From a virus (taxonomy: Duplodnaviria; Heunggongvirae; Uroviricota; Caudoviricetes), in IMG/VR virus record IMGVR_UViG_2778261252_000010, positions 1-42,179 of that record: a stretch of 42,179 nt of DNA. One strand, 5' to 3'. The notes beneath the pieces are model-generated. The model did no database searches. It was not told the DNA's origin and saw only the letters and a program-made list of their open reading frames with translations. Shown here piece by piece: positions 21,235 through 30,664 of the stretch. The translations under genes were made by a program, and so were the position numbers. Every line of letters begins with the position of its first letter. Position 1 is the stretch's first letter.

Positions 21235-21477
21235 TTATGCTCCGGTGGTGAACAGGTCTAACGCTTCCTTCGATTTACGCACCGCTTCGATAGTGCGGGT
21301 CGTGATATCTGAATTAGCGCCACCTGACTGGAAGTGAATTTTGAATAGCTCAAGCTTCAGCTCGTCAGTGCCAATGAACTGAAATGCTTCTTCTGCGGCT
21401 GCGTTCTGGTTCATGACCAGTTTGTAAATCTCTAACTGGAATTTCTGTTCTTCAGTCATGGGAATAATCTCTGCCAT
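21235..21477 (-). CDS. Hypothetical small phage protein upstream of the terminase genes
   Basis: 80-aa ORF, stop adjacent to the small-terminase start. Confidence 0.5.
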   Translation of the reverse strand: MAEIIPMTEEQKFQLEIYKLVMNQNAAAEEAFQFIGTDELKLELFKIHFQSGGANSDITTRTIEAVRKSKEALDLFTTGA

Positions 21478-21623
21478 TGTTGGCTCCGTTTATCCGTTAA
21501 AAGGGATATCAGTTAAGTTATCCCGTGTAGGGTATAAGCCATTATCAAAGCCACTCTGTAGGGAATGGCTTTTGTGATGGCAATAAAAAAGGCCTACTTA
21601 GCGACCAATTTAATAATTAATTA

Positions 21624-21866
21624 TCAATAATGTGGGAATTGACTACTATTTTGCAAGATAACCCAAGATGGGCGAAACAAGTCAAAAACATTGATGCTTA
21701 ACAGGGCTTCATTTATTGATTTTTTTTCATCCATAGAAACTCCGCGTCCTGCTTTTGACATTACAAGCTGACCATTAACTATTTCACTACATTGTTTTAC
21801 ATAACTACCTTGCGGTATTGATTGAAAGTTACATGTACCATTTATTATTTTATCAATTTCACTCAT
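21624..21866 (-). CDS. Hypothetical small protein, AT-rich (moron-like)
   Basis: 80-aa ORF with GAGG ribosome-binding site; markedly lower GC than its neighbours. Confidence 0.45.
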   Translation of the reverse strand: MSEIDKIINGTCNFQSIPQGSYVKQCSEIVNGQLVMSKAGRGVSMDEKKSINEALLSINVFDLFRPSWVILQNSSQFPHY

Positions 21867-22160
21867 ATCAACCTCGTCTAGTTGTTCGTCATAGATTCAG
21901 TGGCTGGCGGTGACGATTCCGCTTTTCGGGAGCTACCCTAGCCACTGTTTTATTCTATCCGATGTCTTTCCATCAGTCCGCCACCACAAAGAATCTTTTT
22001 TGCCATAAGGCAGGAGGTTCATCTTTCAGTGGCTGCCAGTGTTATTTCCCCACTTACTGGCTTGGGTTGTTTCGCGGTACTGCCGTAACTGGTTGCCCAG
22101 AATAAATTCCGGTTTCATTATCAAGCCCACCCGTAGATAGGCTTTGTAATGACTACATGG

Positions 22161-22640
22161 TTAAATGATTTGCCAGTCTTCAGCCATCAGGTCGCCAATG
22201 GATGGAACCCATGTAGCAAGTCGGTTCTGTGAGTTTTTCAATACAAGCGTGTCATTGAAAGTTGGCTCGCCAACATATTCGCCAAAGCCATAACCCAACG
22301 CAGACGCTAATTTTTCCCCTTTCATGAGATAAACAAACTGGTCTTTCCCATTCCATCCTGCCCGCTGCAAACTTTTGCCCTGTTTTAACGCTTCCATGGC
22401 AAGGCCGAAACTTAGTCCTGATACCGGACGATAAGCCCTTTCGAATACTTCTTTTGGACTCCAGCTAACGTAGCCATCAAAGCGATCGGTGTTAGGTTTT
22501 CCGCCATCCAGATATTCAACCAGATAGCCTTCGTCCTCGCCGTTTTCTCCGGCAGGAAGCTGCCAGCCACGAAAATCGTTATATGCCTGTCTCGTCATCG
22601 GAAAGGCGTTAATCAGTTTTACGCCAATATGCTGGGTCAT
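22161..22640 (-). CDS. Hypothetical protein with a possible DUF2829 (Tad2-like) C-terminal region
   Basis: 159 aa, AGGTGA ribosome-binding site; segment ALKQGKSLQRAGWNGKDQFVYL resembles the remembered DUF2829 signature (G-K-x-hydrophobic-x-R-x-G-W). Confidence 0.5.
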   Translation of the reverse strand: MTQHIGVKLINAFPMTRQAYNDFRGWQLPAGENGEDEGYLVEYLDGGKPNTDRFDGYVSWSPKEVFERAYRPVSGLSFGLAMEALKQGKSLQRAGWNGKDQFVYLMKGEKLASALGYGFGEYVGEPTFNDTLVLKNSQNRLATWVPSIGDLMAEDWQII

Positions 22641-22661
22641 AAAATCACCTATGGAGTTGGG

Positions 22662-22686
22662 AATAAAAAACCCCGCGAATGCGAGG
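22662..22686 (-). terminator. Intrinsic terminator after the lysis genes
   Basis: On the minus strand: CCTCGCATTCGCGGGG hairpin followed by TTTTTTTAT; the same hairpin recurs at 40287..40302 on the plus strand. Confidence 0.55.
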
Positions 22687-22861
22687 CTAAATCCTGGTAT
22701 TTGTAATGACTGGCTCTTATCTCAACGCAGCCCCTTACCGCGCGCCAGATGCTCAATATCAAGCATCAACAATGAGATATTTAATCTGGATTCACTCCAG
22801 AAGTGATCACCACCCTGTCTACAGAGCCAGATGTGAAGGATGATGAGTAAAATTATCGCTA

Positions 22862-23299
22862 TCATCGAAGGCATTGCGTCCTTATGTATTCCTGCAGGTA
22901 GTTAACCTGCGCGGTTATCCTGTCGATTCCACTTCGGAGACGGTAATAATTGAGTTCAGCATCTGCTGTAAGTCTTGGACTTTCTCCATCGCCCATGCTG
23001 CTGGCTCCGGTCGTTGACTTTGCACAGATGGCGGCGACTTGCAGGCGCTTACGACCAGCAGAAACATCAGCACGGAGACTTTCGATAGTCGCGTTAGCAT
23101 CAGCAAGCTCCTTTGTGTATCTTGCGTCGAGTTCTGCTACATCACGTTGACGCTTCTGCATATCAGCGATGATGGATGTGGCTTTATCGCGCTGCTCTTT
23201 GTAGGTCATGGCGTTATCACGGTAATGATTAACAGCCCATGACAGGCAGACAATGATGCAGATAACCAGAGCGGAGATAATCGCGGTTACTCTGCTCAT
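22862..23299 (-). CDS. Rz: Spanin inner-membrane subunit Rz (i-spanin)
   Basis: 145 aa with N-terminal transmembrane helix [29 protein letters not shown], near-identical to the lambda Rz N-terminus from memory. Confidence 0.8.
   Translation of the reverse strand: MSRVTAIISALVICIIVCLSWAVNHYRDNAMTYKEQRDKATSIIADMQKRQRDVAELDARYTKELADANATIESLRADVSAGRKRLQVAAICAKSTTGASSMGDGESPRLTADAELNYYRLRSGIDRITAQVNYLQEYIRTQCLR
22915..23106 (-). CDS. Rz1: Outer-membrane lipoprotein spanin Rz1 (o-spanin), embedded in the +1 frame of Rz
   Basis: 63-aa ORF wholly inside Rz; signal peptide with lipobox LVVSAC, Pro-rich mature part. Confidence 0.65.
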   Translation of the reverse strand: MLMLTRLSKVSVLMFLLVVSACKSPPSVQSQRPEPAAWAMEKVQDLQQMLNSIITVSEVESTG

Positions 23300-23772
23300 A
23301 CCTCAATCTCTCTGACCGTTCCGCCTGCTTCTTTGAATTTTGCAATCAGGCTGTCAGCCTTATGCTCGAACTGACCATAACCAGCGCCCGGCAGTGAAGC
23401 CCAGATATTGCTGCAACGGTCGATTGCCTGACGAATATCACCGTGGTCAATCATCGGTAAAGCACCACGCTCTTTAATCTGTTGCAGTGCCACAGCGTCC
23501 TGGCTTTTCGGAGAGAAGTCTTTCAGGCCAAGCTGCTTGCGATAGGCATCCCACCAACGGGAAAGAAGCTGGTAACGTCCGGCGGCTGTTGATTTGAGTT
23601 TTGGGTTTAGCGTGACAAGTTTGCGAGGGTGATCGGAGTAATCGGTAAATAGCTCTCCGCCTACAATGACGTCATAACCATGATTTCTGGTTTTCTGTCG
23701 TCCGTTATCAGTTCCCTCTGACCACGCCAGCATATCGAGGAACGCCTTACGTTGATTATTGATTTCCACCAT
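23296..23772 (-). CDS. R: Endolysin (lambda R-type lytic transglycosylase)
   Basis: 158 aa, essentially identical to lambda R as remembered ([26 protein letters not shown]...). Confidence 0.9.
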   Translation of the reverse strand: MVEINNQRKAFLDMLAWSEGTDNGRQKTRNHGYDVIVGGELFTDYSDHPRKLVTLNPKLKSTAAGRYQLLSRWWDAYRKQLGLKDFSPKSQDAVALQQIKERGALPMIDHGDIRQAIDRCSNIWASLPGAGYGQFEHKADSLIAKFKEAGGTVREIEV

Positions 23773-24079
23773 CTTCTACTCCGGCTTTTTTAGCAGCGAA
23801 GCGTTTGATAAGCGAACCAATCGAGTCAGTACCGATGTAGCCGATGAACACGCTCGTTATATAAGCGAGATTGCTACTTAGTCCGGCGAAGTCGAGAAGG
23901 TCACGAATGAACCAGGCGATAATGGCGCACATCGTTGCGTCGATTACTGTTTTTGTAAACGCACCGCCATTATATCTGCCGCGAAGGTACGCCATTGCAA
24001 ACGCAAGGATTGCCCCGATGCCTTGTTCCTTTGCCGCGAGAATCGCGGCTAACAGGTCATGTTTTTCTGGCATCTTCAT
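23756..24079 (-). CDS. S: Holin/antiholin S (class I holin, dual-start M1-K2-M3)
   Basis: 107 aa, matches lambda S as remembered ([34 protein letters not shown]...). Confidence 0.9.
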   Translation of the reverse strand: MKMPEKHDLLAAILAAKEQGIGAILAFAMAYLRGRYNGGAFTKTVIDATMCAIIAWFIRDLLDFAGLSSNLAYITSVFIGYIGTDSIGSLIKRFAAKKAGVEDGGNQ

Positions 24080-24610
24080 GTCTTACCCACAATAAGGGGA
24101 TTTGCTCTATTTAATTAGGAATAAGGTCGATTACTGATAGAACAAATCCAGGCTACTGTGTTTAGTAATCAGATTTGTTCGTGACCGATATGCACGGGCA
24201 AAACGGCAGGAGGTTGTTAGCGCAGCCTCTTGCCACCCGCTTTCACGAAGGTCATATGTAGAAGGCCGCAGCATAACTATCACTGATGAGTTCAGGATAG
24301 CCAGTGACTACGGCTCAGTTTGGGTTGTGCTGTTGCTGGGCAGCGATGACGCCTGTACGCATTTGGTGATCCGGTTCTGCTTCCGGTATTCGCTTAATTC
24401 AGCACAACGGAAAGAGCACTGTATGTTGCCGGGCCAGATGTCGGCTGCACAGGGAGTCATTGCCGACCCACGCCCTAAACACACTCGTAAATGCGCTTAG
24501 GGTTGACTCCCCTGGTATCCAGTTATTCCCCGGCTGGGGATACTCCGCGCGACGCTAATGCGTTTCGTCCCTCATGGACTCGTCAGGCGCGCAATGCTCT
24601 TACCTGTTGT

Positions 24611-24647
24611 GCAAACGCAAAAAGCCCCGAGCTATTAACTCAGGGCT
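24611..24647 (-). terminator. tR'-like intrinsic terminator of the short pR' leader transcript
   Basis: On the minus strand: ~9-bp stem hairpin (AGCCCTGAG...CTCGGGGCT) followed by TTTTGCGTTTGC, about 60 nt downstream of pR'. Confidence 0.55.
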
Positions 24648-24683
24648 TTATTTAACGAGTGCATTTATCCATCGTTGATGTCA

Positions 24684-24712
24684 AATCTACCCAACTTTAT
24701 TCAAAAAGTCAA
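24684..24712 (-). promoter_or_regulatory. Late promoter pR' (Q-modified)
   Basis: Minus-strand TTGACT -35 and TAGATT -10 with a 17-bp spacer, immediately downstream of Q; resembles lambda pR' as remembered. Confidence 0.6.
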
Positions 24713-24754
24713 TATTATGCCGTTAATATGTTGCCATCCGTGGCAATCATGCTG

Positions 24755-25378
24755 CTAACGTGTGACCGCGTTCAAAATGTTGTCTGCGATTGACTCTTCC
24801 TTGTGGCATTGCACCACCAGAGCGTCATACAGCGGCTTAACAGTGCGTGACCAGGTGGGTTGAGTAAGGTTTGGGATTAGCATCGTTACAGCGCGATATG
24901 CGGCGCTTGCTGGCATCCTTGAATAGCCGACACCTTTGCATCTTCCGCATTCTTTCTCAACAACTCTCCCCCACAGCTCTGTTTTGGCAATATCAACCGC
25001 ACGGCCTGTACCGTGGCAATCTCTGCATCTTGCGCCCGGCGTCGCGGCACTACGGCAATAATCCGCATAAGCGAATGTTGCGAGAACTTGCAGTACCTTT
25101 GCCTTAGTATTTCCTTCAAGCTTTGCCACGCCACGGTATTTCCCCGATACCTTGTGTGCAAATTGCATCAGATAGTTGATAGCCTTTTGTTTGTCGTTCT
25201 GGCTGAGTTCATGCTTACCACAGAATGCAGCCATTCCGAATCCGGCTTGTGATTGCGCCATCCCCATAGCAGCCATCACATCAGTACCGGAAAGAGAGTC
25301 AGAAGCCGTAGCCCGTGGTGAGTCGCTCATCATCGGGCTTTTTGGCGAATGAAATTTAGCTACGCTTTCGAGTCTCAT
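24755..25378 (-). CDS. Q: Late antiterminator Q (lambda type)
   Basis: 207 aa, matches lambda Q as remembered, including the zinc-binding Cys cluster (CRDCHGTG...CGRCKGVG). Confidence 0.9.
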   Translation of the reverse strand: MRLESVAKFHSPKSPMMSDSPRATASDSLSGTDVMAAMGMAQSQAGFGMAAFCGKHELSQNDKQKAINYLMQFAHKVSGKYRGVAKLEGNTKAKVLQVLATFAYADYCRSAATPGARCRDCHGTGRAVDIAKTELWGRVVEKECGRCKGVGYSRMPASAAYRAVTMLIPNLTQPTWSRTVKPLYDALVVQCHKEESIADNILNAVTR

Positions 25379-25563
25379 CGTCTTCCCTTTTTGCCTGGCG
25401 TGACCATCAGGACGCCGTTAACTATTACGTGACGCTCGCCTTTGCTGTCTCGGTTGTACTTGAGCACCGTTCCTCTTGCGCAGGAAAGCATCCTCGCCAC
25501 TTCGGTCTGATTGCCTCGTGTCTGGATAAGAAGCTCTGGTATCGTTTGAATTGTGGCGTTCAT
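25375..25563 (-). CDS. ninH: NinH-like small helix-turn-helix protein
   Basis: 62 aa; HTH motif QTEVARMLSCARGTVLKY; position in the nin region upstream of Q. Confidence 0.65.
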   Translation of the reverse strand: MNATIQTIPELLIQTRGNQTEVARMLSCARGTVLKYNRDSKGERHVIVNGVLMVTPGKKGRR

Positions 25564-25922
25564 ACGTTCTCCAGTTCGGTGATTTTTATTCCAAGCCTTC
25601 CGCCTGGTACTTTCACACCACGAATTACGCGAATGTCATCGAATTGCTCGTCGTCTTCCGCAAATCCGGCGTGGATAAGGGAGTCGAGTAAACCTTTCAG
25701 GATGTTATCGAGGTCGCGGCGGCGGGAGTCTGGAACGTCTGCGATGACTTTGATGCGGAGTCGTGATTTGGTGAAAATGTCTAACTTAAGTTGGCGGATG
25801 ATTTGCTGAACGTCTTTTCGGTATTTCTGGCCTTTATCGCTGATGTAGTATTGGCTTCCCCGTCTTCGCCAGTAGGTATTCACCGACGGCGGGTATGGAA
25901 GCACAAACTGATATTCGTTCAT
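25560..25922 (-). CDS. rusA: RusA-family Holliday junction resolvase
   Basis: 120 aa; LPYPPSVN and RRRDLDN motifs characteristic of RusA. Confidence 0.8.
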   Translation of the reverse strand: MNEYQFVLPYPPSVNTYWRRRGSQYYISDKGQKYRKDVQQIIRQLKLDIFTKSRLRIKVIADVPDSRRRDLDNILKGLLDSLIHAGFAEDDEQFDDIRVIRGVKVPGGRLGIKITELENV

Positions 25923-26209
25923 GGCTTAATCTTCCCCTCCTTCAGTAGTATCGCCTGCGTCCTGATCACGCCTTCGAGGTGGTAAAGTCTGGCGTCTTTG
26001 TTGTCGAGATTATGGGTGCGTCGGTCGATTTCATCGTGACACGCGCTACAAGCCCATGCGCCGATCAGGTCGTCAGGCTTCATTCCCGTTCCGCAAATTC
26101 CAGCCATCCGGTAATGTGCCAGAACTGTAGTTTCAGGATTACCATTGCATACGCCGTAAATACGTACCTGGCATTCTCTGCCGCGTGCTTCTTTGCGTAG
26201 ATTAGCCAT
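25919..26209 (-). CDS. YbcO-like protein (DUF1364, Cys-rich putative nuclease)
   Basis: 96 aa with several conserved Cys/His; size and position match the nin-region ybcO of lambdoid prophages. Confidence 0.6.
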   Translation of the reverse strand: MANLRKEARGRECQVRIYGVCNGNPETTVLAHYRMAGICGTGMKPDDLIGAWACSACHDEIDRRTHNLDNKDARLYHLEGVIRTQAILLKEGKIKP

Positions 26210-26931
26210 TAAGCAGCCTCCCCTGTTACTTTCAGCATTCCGTTATCGAGCAGCTTTCTGGTCAGCCACTGTTGACCACGCCCGGTGATTTTTGTGGTGA
26301 ACGATATCTGTATTCCGTGATTTGTGTTGACCGCTGTTTCTTTCACTGTGAAATAGCCGCGATCCATATATTCCTGCATTGGCACATTGCGCCGGGAACC
26401 TGAAGCAATAAGGATTTTGTGATCGCGCATCCACGCAAACAGTTTGTTTGGACCAATACCGACAACCTTTGCAAAGTTTCCAATCAAAATTCCGCTGGCC
26501 TCGCCAACGCGATCGGCAAACTCAACTTTAGGTGCGGCAATTGCAAGCTGGTTTTCCAGTTGCATTTTCTGCTCAGCAAGATCAGCAGCAAGGCGCAACG
26601 CTTCCGGTAGCGTTTTGGGGATATTAACCGCAGATTCTTCAAGCTCTCGCCAACGGTCAACAAGACGAGCGGTGAATTCCGGCGACAACTGGGCTACAAC
26701 GACAATACTGTCTCGCTTTCCTTGTTCGCCTTCGAATACATACACACAAAAACTTTGATTTAAGCCTAACCCATTGATTCTTCCACAATCCTCAATTTGA
26801 GGAAGCCGGATAACACCATTTTTAGCCAGCGTTTCGATGGTACGTTTCACATTGTCATGACGCTTACCCACCAACTCAGCGATTTCAATGCTTGTCATTT
26901 TGATGGCATTGCCATTTATTAACTCATTCAT
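26209..26931 (-). CDS. Rha-family phage regulatory protein (with KilA-C-like C-terminal region)
   Basis: N-terminus MNELINGNAIKMTSIEIAELVGKRHDNVKRTIETL is typical of the Rha domain; 240 aa. Confidence 0.7.
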   Translation of the reverse strand: MNELINGNAIKMTSIEIAELVGKRHDNVKRTIETLAKNGVIRLPQIEDCGRINGLGLNQSFCVYVFEGEQGKRDSIVVVAQLSPEFTARLVDRWRELEESAVNIPKTLPEALRLAADLAEQKMQLENQLAIAAPKVEFADRVGEASGILIGNFAKVVGIGPNKLFAWMRDHKILIASGSRRNVPMQEYMDRGYFTVKETAVNTNHGIQISFTTKITGRGQQWLTRKLLDNGMLKVTGEAA

Positions 26932-27100
26932 CGTCTTCTTCCTCGTACATTGAGCTATTCGGATCGCTCATCAGCTCTGCGCAGCAATCGGAGCACACGT
27001 GAACTTCCAGCACATGCAGCTTCTGACCGCAGTTAGCGCACGTTAAAGCCCGCTCGACGCTTTCTTTCTGGTATTGAATGGATTGGGATAGGCTAAGCAT
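26924..27100 (-). CDS. Small zinc-ribbon protein (58 aa), translationally coupled
   Basis: Below the 60-aa ORF-track cutoff; CxxC...CSDCC motif; its start overlaps the upstream stop (TAATG) and its stop overlaps the Rha start. Confidence 0.4.
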   Translation of the reverse strand: MLSLSQSIQYQKESVERALTCANCGQKLHVLEVHVCSDCCAELMSDPNSSMYEEEDDE

Positions 27101-27459
27101 TATTGGATTCTCTGCATCATGAGAAAGACAATCATGGCGGCGCGAAGGGGATTTTCATGTATAGCTCGCTTAGATTTACAGTAGGCCACACCGCGTGCAC
27201 CCCACTCGTCTTCATCGAGATTGATAATGCTAATCCTGTATTTTTCAATAATCGGCCATGAGTCTGCTGGGTTTGCGCATGGGTTAAAGGATCCGCGCTC
27301 AACTTCTACTTCAACTGCGTCTCCGTTTACAATGTCTCCCTCAAATGAGACAAACACCATATCGCCATTCTCACCTTCTTTGTAATCCGGTGATCCGTTA
27401 TGAATGGCTTCGAATACCGCCACGTTAATTTCAAAATCACTTAACTGTGAATAATCCAT
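27100..27459 (-). CDS. Hypothetical nin-region protein (acidic, 119 aa)
   Basis: ORF-track ORF 27100..27501; start chosen at ATG 27459 with a GAGG ribosome-binding site. Confidence 0.5.
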   Translation of the reverse strand: MDYSQLSDFEINVAVFEAIHNGSPDYKEGENGDMVFVSFEGDIVNGDAVEVEVERGSFNPCANPADSWPIIEKYRISIINLDEDEWGARGVAYCKSKRAIHENPLRAAMIVFLMMQRIQ

Positions 27460-27634
27460 TGTCATTTCCTCGCACGATGTCTTAGCCACCGGATATCCCA
27501 CAGGTGAGCCGTGTAGTTGAAGGTTTTTACGTCAGATTCTTTTGGGATTGGCTTGCGTTTATTTCTGGAGCGTTTCGTTGGAAGGTATTTGCAGTTTTCG
27601 CAGATTATGTCGGTGATACTTCGTCGCTGTCGTC

Positions 27635-28162
27635 TCATGCCGCCCTCCTGACGCCCTGCCCGATCGCCATCAATGCCGCTTTTGATACGGTAGTAAACAT
27701 CCGTCGAGGACTGATGAACGGTCGCCAAATCAGCAGCATGGAGCCTTTGCTGTTTCCCTTCTTCTCCAGCCCTGTCGATGGTTCGATAAAATTAATCCGT
27801 CCATCAGTGATAATACGAACTTCGTCAACACTCTCCAGAGCCTTGCTGAACCATCCGACTGACATATCCTCTGGCACAAGCATCACTACCGTCTGTCGCT
27901 GTTGTATGCACTGCTCAGCGGCTTTTTCCACCCACGGCCTGATATTGCTGTACGGTGGGTTATTCCAGATTGCACCGTGGCTTATCCACTCAGAATTGAG
28001 CGCGTCGTCGGCCTCAGTTAACCAATGAGCGCACAGAGCATTTTTGTCGCTCGCTGCCGAATCCAGCCAGAATCCAAACTCAATATCCAGTGCATCAAAA
28101 AGCCAAAGCGGCGTTTGCCAGCAGTCCTTGTCGTGTGCTGGCGTATTTGATTTGATAGTCAT
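27635..28162 (-). CDS. Phage N6-adenine DNA methyltransferase (Dam-like, orphan)
   Basis: Catalytic NPPY motif ([13 protein letters not shown]); start ATG overlaps the ninB stop (ATGA); no restriction partner found nearby. Confidence 0.7.
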   Translation of the reverse strand: MTIKSNTPAHDKDCWQTPLWLFDALDIEFGFWLDSAASDKNALCAHWLTEADDALNSEWISHGAIWNNPPYSNIRPWVEKAAEQCIQQRQTVVMLVPEDMSVGWFSKALESVDEVRIITDGRINFIEPSTGLEKKGNSKGSMLLIWRPFISPRRMFTTVSKAALMAIGQGVRRAA

Positions 28163-28599
28163 GCAGCCCGATCTCCCCATCGCGCTTTCCATTCGAGAGC
28201 CAGTCGCGCTTCGTCTGACCACTTAACGCCACGCTCTGTACCGAATGCCTGTATAAGCTCTAATAGCTCCGAAAATTCGTTTACACGCATCCTGCTGGTT
28301 GACTGGCCTATTACCACAAAGCCATTCCCGGCAAGGTTAGGAACAACGTCCTGCTGCTTTAATGCTGCGGTAAACACACACTTCCAGCTTTCTGCATCCA
28401 GCCAGCGACCATGCCATTCAACCTGACGAGAGACGTCACCTAAGCAGGCCCATAGCTTCCTGTTTTGGTCTAAGCTGCGGTTGCGTTCCTGAATGGTTAC
28501 TACGATTGGTTTGGTTGGGTCTGGAAGGATTTGCTGTACTGCGTGAATAGCGTTTTGCTGATGTGCTGGAGATCGAATTTCAAAGGTTAGTTTTTTCAT
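28159..28599 (-). CDS. ninB: NinB (Orf-family recombination mediator)
   Basis: 146 aa from Met MKKLTFEIRSPAHQQ..., matching lambda NinB as remembered. Confidence 0.85.
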   Translation of the reverse strand: MKKLTFEIRSPAHQQNAIHAVQQILPDPTKPIVVTIQERNRSLDQNRKLWACLGDVSRQVEWHGRWLDAESWKCVFTAALKQQDVVPNLAGNGFVVIGQSTSRMRVNEFSELLELIQAFGTERGVKWSDEARLALEWKARWGDRAA

Positions 28600-28676
28600 G
28601 ACTTCCCTCTCCCCCAAATAAAAAGGCCTGCGATTACCAGCAGGCCTGTTACAAGCTCAGTGATGTAGATGGTCAT

Positions 28677-30557
28677 TTAATACTCCGTCACGTTTTCCTG
28701 TCGCCACGCCTCGTCATATTCCGATTTCGGCATATTGGCGATGTAGCTATATGGCGATCCTGATTCAAGTTGCAGGAACTGGTGCGATTGCTCGTCAAGG
28801 AACAACGGGACGCCACCTTCCCAACCTTCGCCGTTACGTTGTTTTTCAAGCATCAAAACAGATGCCGGAGATGCCAGTAGCTGTTCGTCCTTCTCTGACA
28901 TCTTTTCACCACTCTGAACTCTCTGTAACGCTCTCTCGCGAGCCTTGTTACGCCAGATGATGAAAAGGTTGTCTGTCAGGTCTGTTATCGCTCCAGAGCC
29001 TTTTACGTCCATTTTCCCGGTTGGTTTTTCTTCGCTGTCTCCTTTTCGCGAGTGAGTAACGAGAATGACGTGGGAGTTTGTTTTGTTTTTGAAGTCGCAA
29101 ATCGAGTCAACAAATGCTTTCTGCCCGTTATAATCATCGTCACCTATGCCGCATTTCATCAGGCTGTCGATGATGAATAACTGGATGCCGTATCGGCGGC
29201 GAGCGTAGTCGAATATTTCGATCAGCCTGTCGGCTTTCGCCGTTCCTGTCAGGCCAAACACCCAAAGTCTTTCGTCATAGAATTTAAATGCAGAGTCAAT
29301 TTCAAGCACTGGCGGCATCTTGCAGCACGTTGCCTGACGGGTAAGTCGCTTAAGGAGAATACCAGGCTTCAGCTCAAGTGACGCGATGCACGTCTTCACA
29401 CCCTGACGCATTGCCTCAAGTGCCATATGCCCGACAACCTCCGTTTTTCCGTGACCGTTCACACCATTGACCAGCGTCAACTCTGCCTCACGGAACTGGA
29501 ATTTATCTGCCAGAGATTCCCACGGTGGATTAAACAGATACTGCTGCTTGCCGTAGAAAGCGTTGATAGTGTCCTGGTAAAACTCTCGCGCGCTGTAGAG
29601 TTCTTCAGGGTCGAAGTAGGATGACGTGCCGATGTACTGCCAGATTTCATCCTCGGTAACACCGTTCATCAGGCATTCGTTGATGTCTTTGTACGGCAGA
29701 GTAACAAGACGGCAACGATGTTCACCGAGTCGGCTTGCGATTTCCCTTGCGGCTTCACGACCAACATCATCAACGTCCATCGAGATGAATATTTCCTCAA
29801 ACCTGTCGAGGTTGTGATACTCAAACTCAATCCACTGCTGTTTAGCGCCTTTCCCGCCACCAAACGGCACGGATAACGCCGAGATGCCATATTGCGCATA
29901 GCTCATACAATCAATTTCGCCTTCGCAAAGTACAACCGCCCTCACGCCAGCGTCCAGAGCCTGCCATCCGAACAGACAAGGTTCGCAATCACCTTCTGCC
30001 ATAATGACTTTCTTCCCGTCCGGGCGCTCAGTGCTGATTCGCTTGACCTGCAACAACTCACCATCGCGTTTGTACGGAATCACCAGAGCATCCAGTTCCA
30101 GCTCTCCATTCCACACCTTGCCGCTGACAACCTCGTAGCGCTTTACGATTTCTGGCGATATGCCACGCGATTGCAGGTACTCAAGATGGGATTCTGTTCT
30201 GGTAACGTAGCGGGCGATTTTCTTGCGATCAGGTCTGGAGAATTTCTTCTCACGTTTGGCATCGAAATGGTGATCGTCATCCTTGATACCGAGAAAGGCT
30301 TTCGCTTCCTGCATAGCCTGATGCAGGTTAATTCCACGACATGCCATCCACAAATCAAGCATGTCACCGCCGTCTCCCTCAGCGAAATCAGCCCATTTTT
30401 TCTTGCCGCTAAGGTTGACCTTAAGGCTGTTTCCCTTGTCACCGTTGACGTTACCGGCAACCCACTCATGCCCCTCTTTCTTGCCGTTTGGCAACAGGTG
30501 CGGAGCCACCCTGTCAACCTGCGCCCAAAGCAGGTCGCTAAGTTCACTTGGTGTCAT
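28677..30557 (-). CDS. Bifunctional primase-helicase (TOPRIM primase N-terminal, DnaB/RecA-like helicase C-terminal)
   Basis: 626 aa; Walker A GVNGHGKTEV in the C-terminal half, acidic TOPRIM-like CEGEIDC/DVDDVG segments in the N-terminal half; follows the O-like initiator. Confidence 0.7.
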   Translation of the reverse strand: MTPSELSDLLWAQVDRVAPHLLPNGKKEGHEWVAGNVNGDKGNSLKVNLSGKKKWADFAEGDGGDMLDLWMACRGINLHQAMQEAKAFLGIKDDDHHFDAKREKKFSRPDRKKIARYVTRTESHLEYLQSRGISPEIVKRYEVVSGKVWNGELELDALVIPYKRDGELLQVKRISTERPDGKKVIMAEGDCEPCLFGWQALDAGVRAVVLCEGEIDCMSYAQYGISALSVPFGGGKGAKQQWIEFEYHNLDRFEEIFISMDVDDVGREAAREIASRLGEHRCRLVTLPYKDINECLMNGVTEDEIWQYIGTSSYFDPEELYSAREFYQDTINAFYGKQQYLFNPPWESLADKFQFREAELTLVNGVNGHGKTEVVGHMALEAMRQGVKTCIASLELKPGILLKRLTRQATCCKMPPVLEIDSAFKFYDERLWVFGLTGTAKADRLIEIFDYARRRYGIQLFIIDSLMKCGIGDDDYNGQKAFVDSICDFKNKTNSHVILVTHSRKGDSEEKPTGKMDVKGSGAITDLTDNLFIIWRNKARERALQRVQSGEKMSEKDEQLLASPASVLMLEKQRNGEGWEGGVPLFLDEQSHQFLQLESGSPYSYIANMPKSEYDEAWRQENVTEY

Positions 30558-30664
30558 GATTCCCTCAGATTGAGATTTTTAAACCAGAAATCGACAAACG
30601 AAATACTTAACCAGCCGTGGTTATAACCAGCGACCAGTAGCGATTTGATTTTTGATTTCATGGT

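Noticed and set aside
27504-30626. Plus-strand ORFs opposite the methyltransferase and primase-helicase genes (27504..28028, 29892..30626 and shorter ones)
   Set aside because: Antisense to genes with clear catalytic motifs (NPPY, Walker A); low-complexity translations; no ribosome-binding sites.
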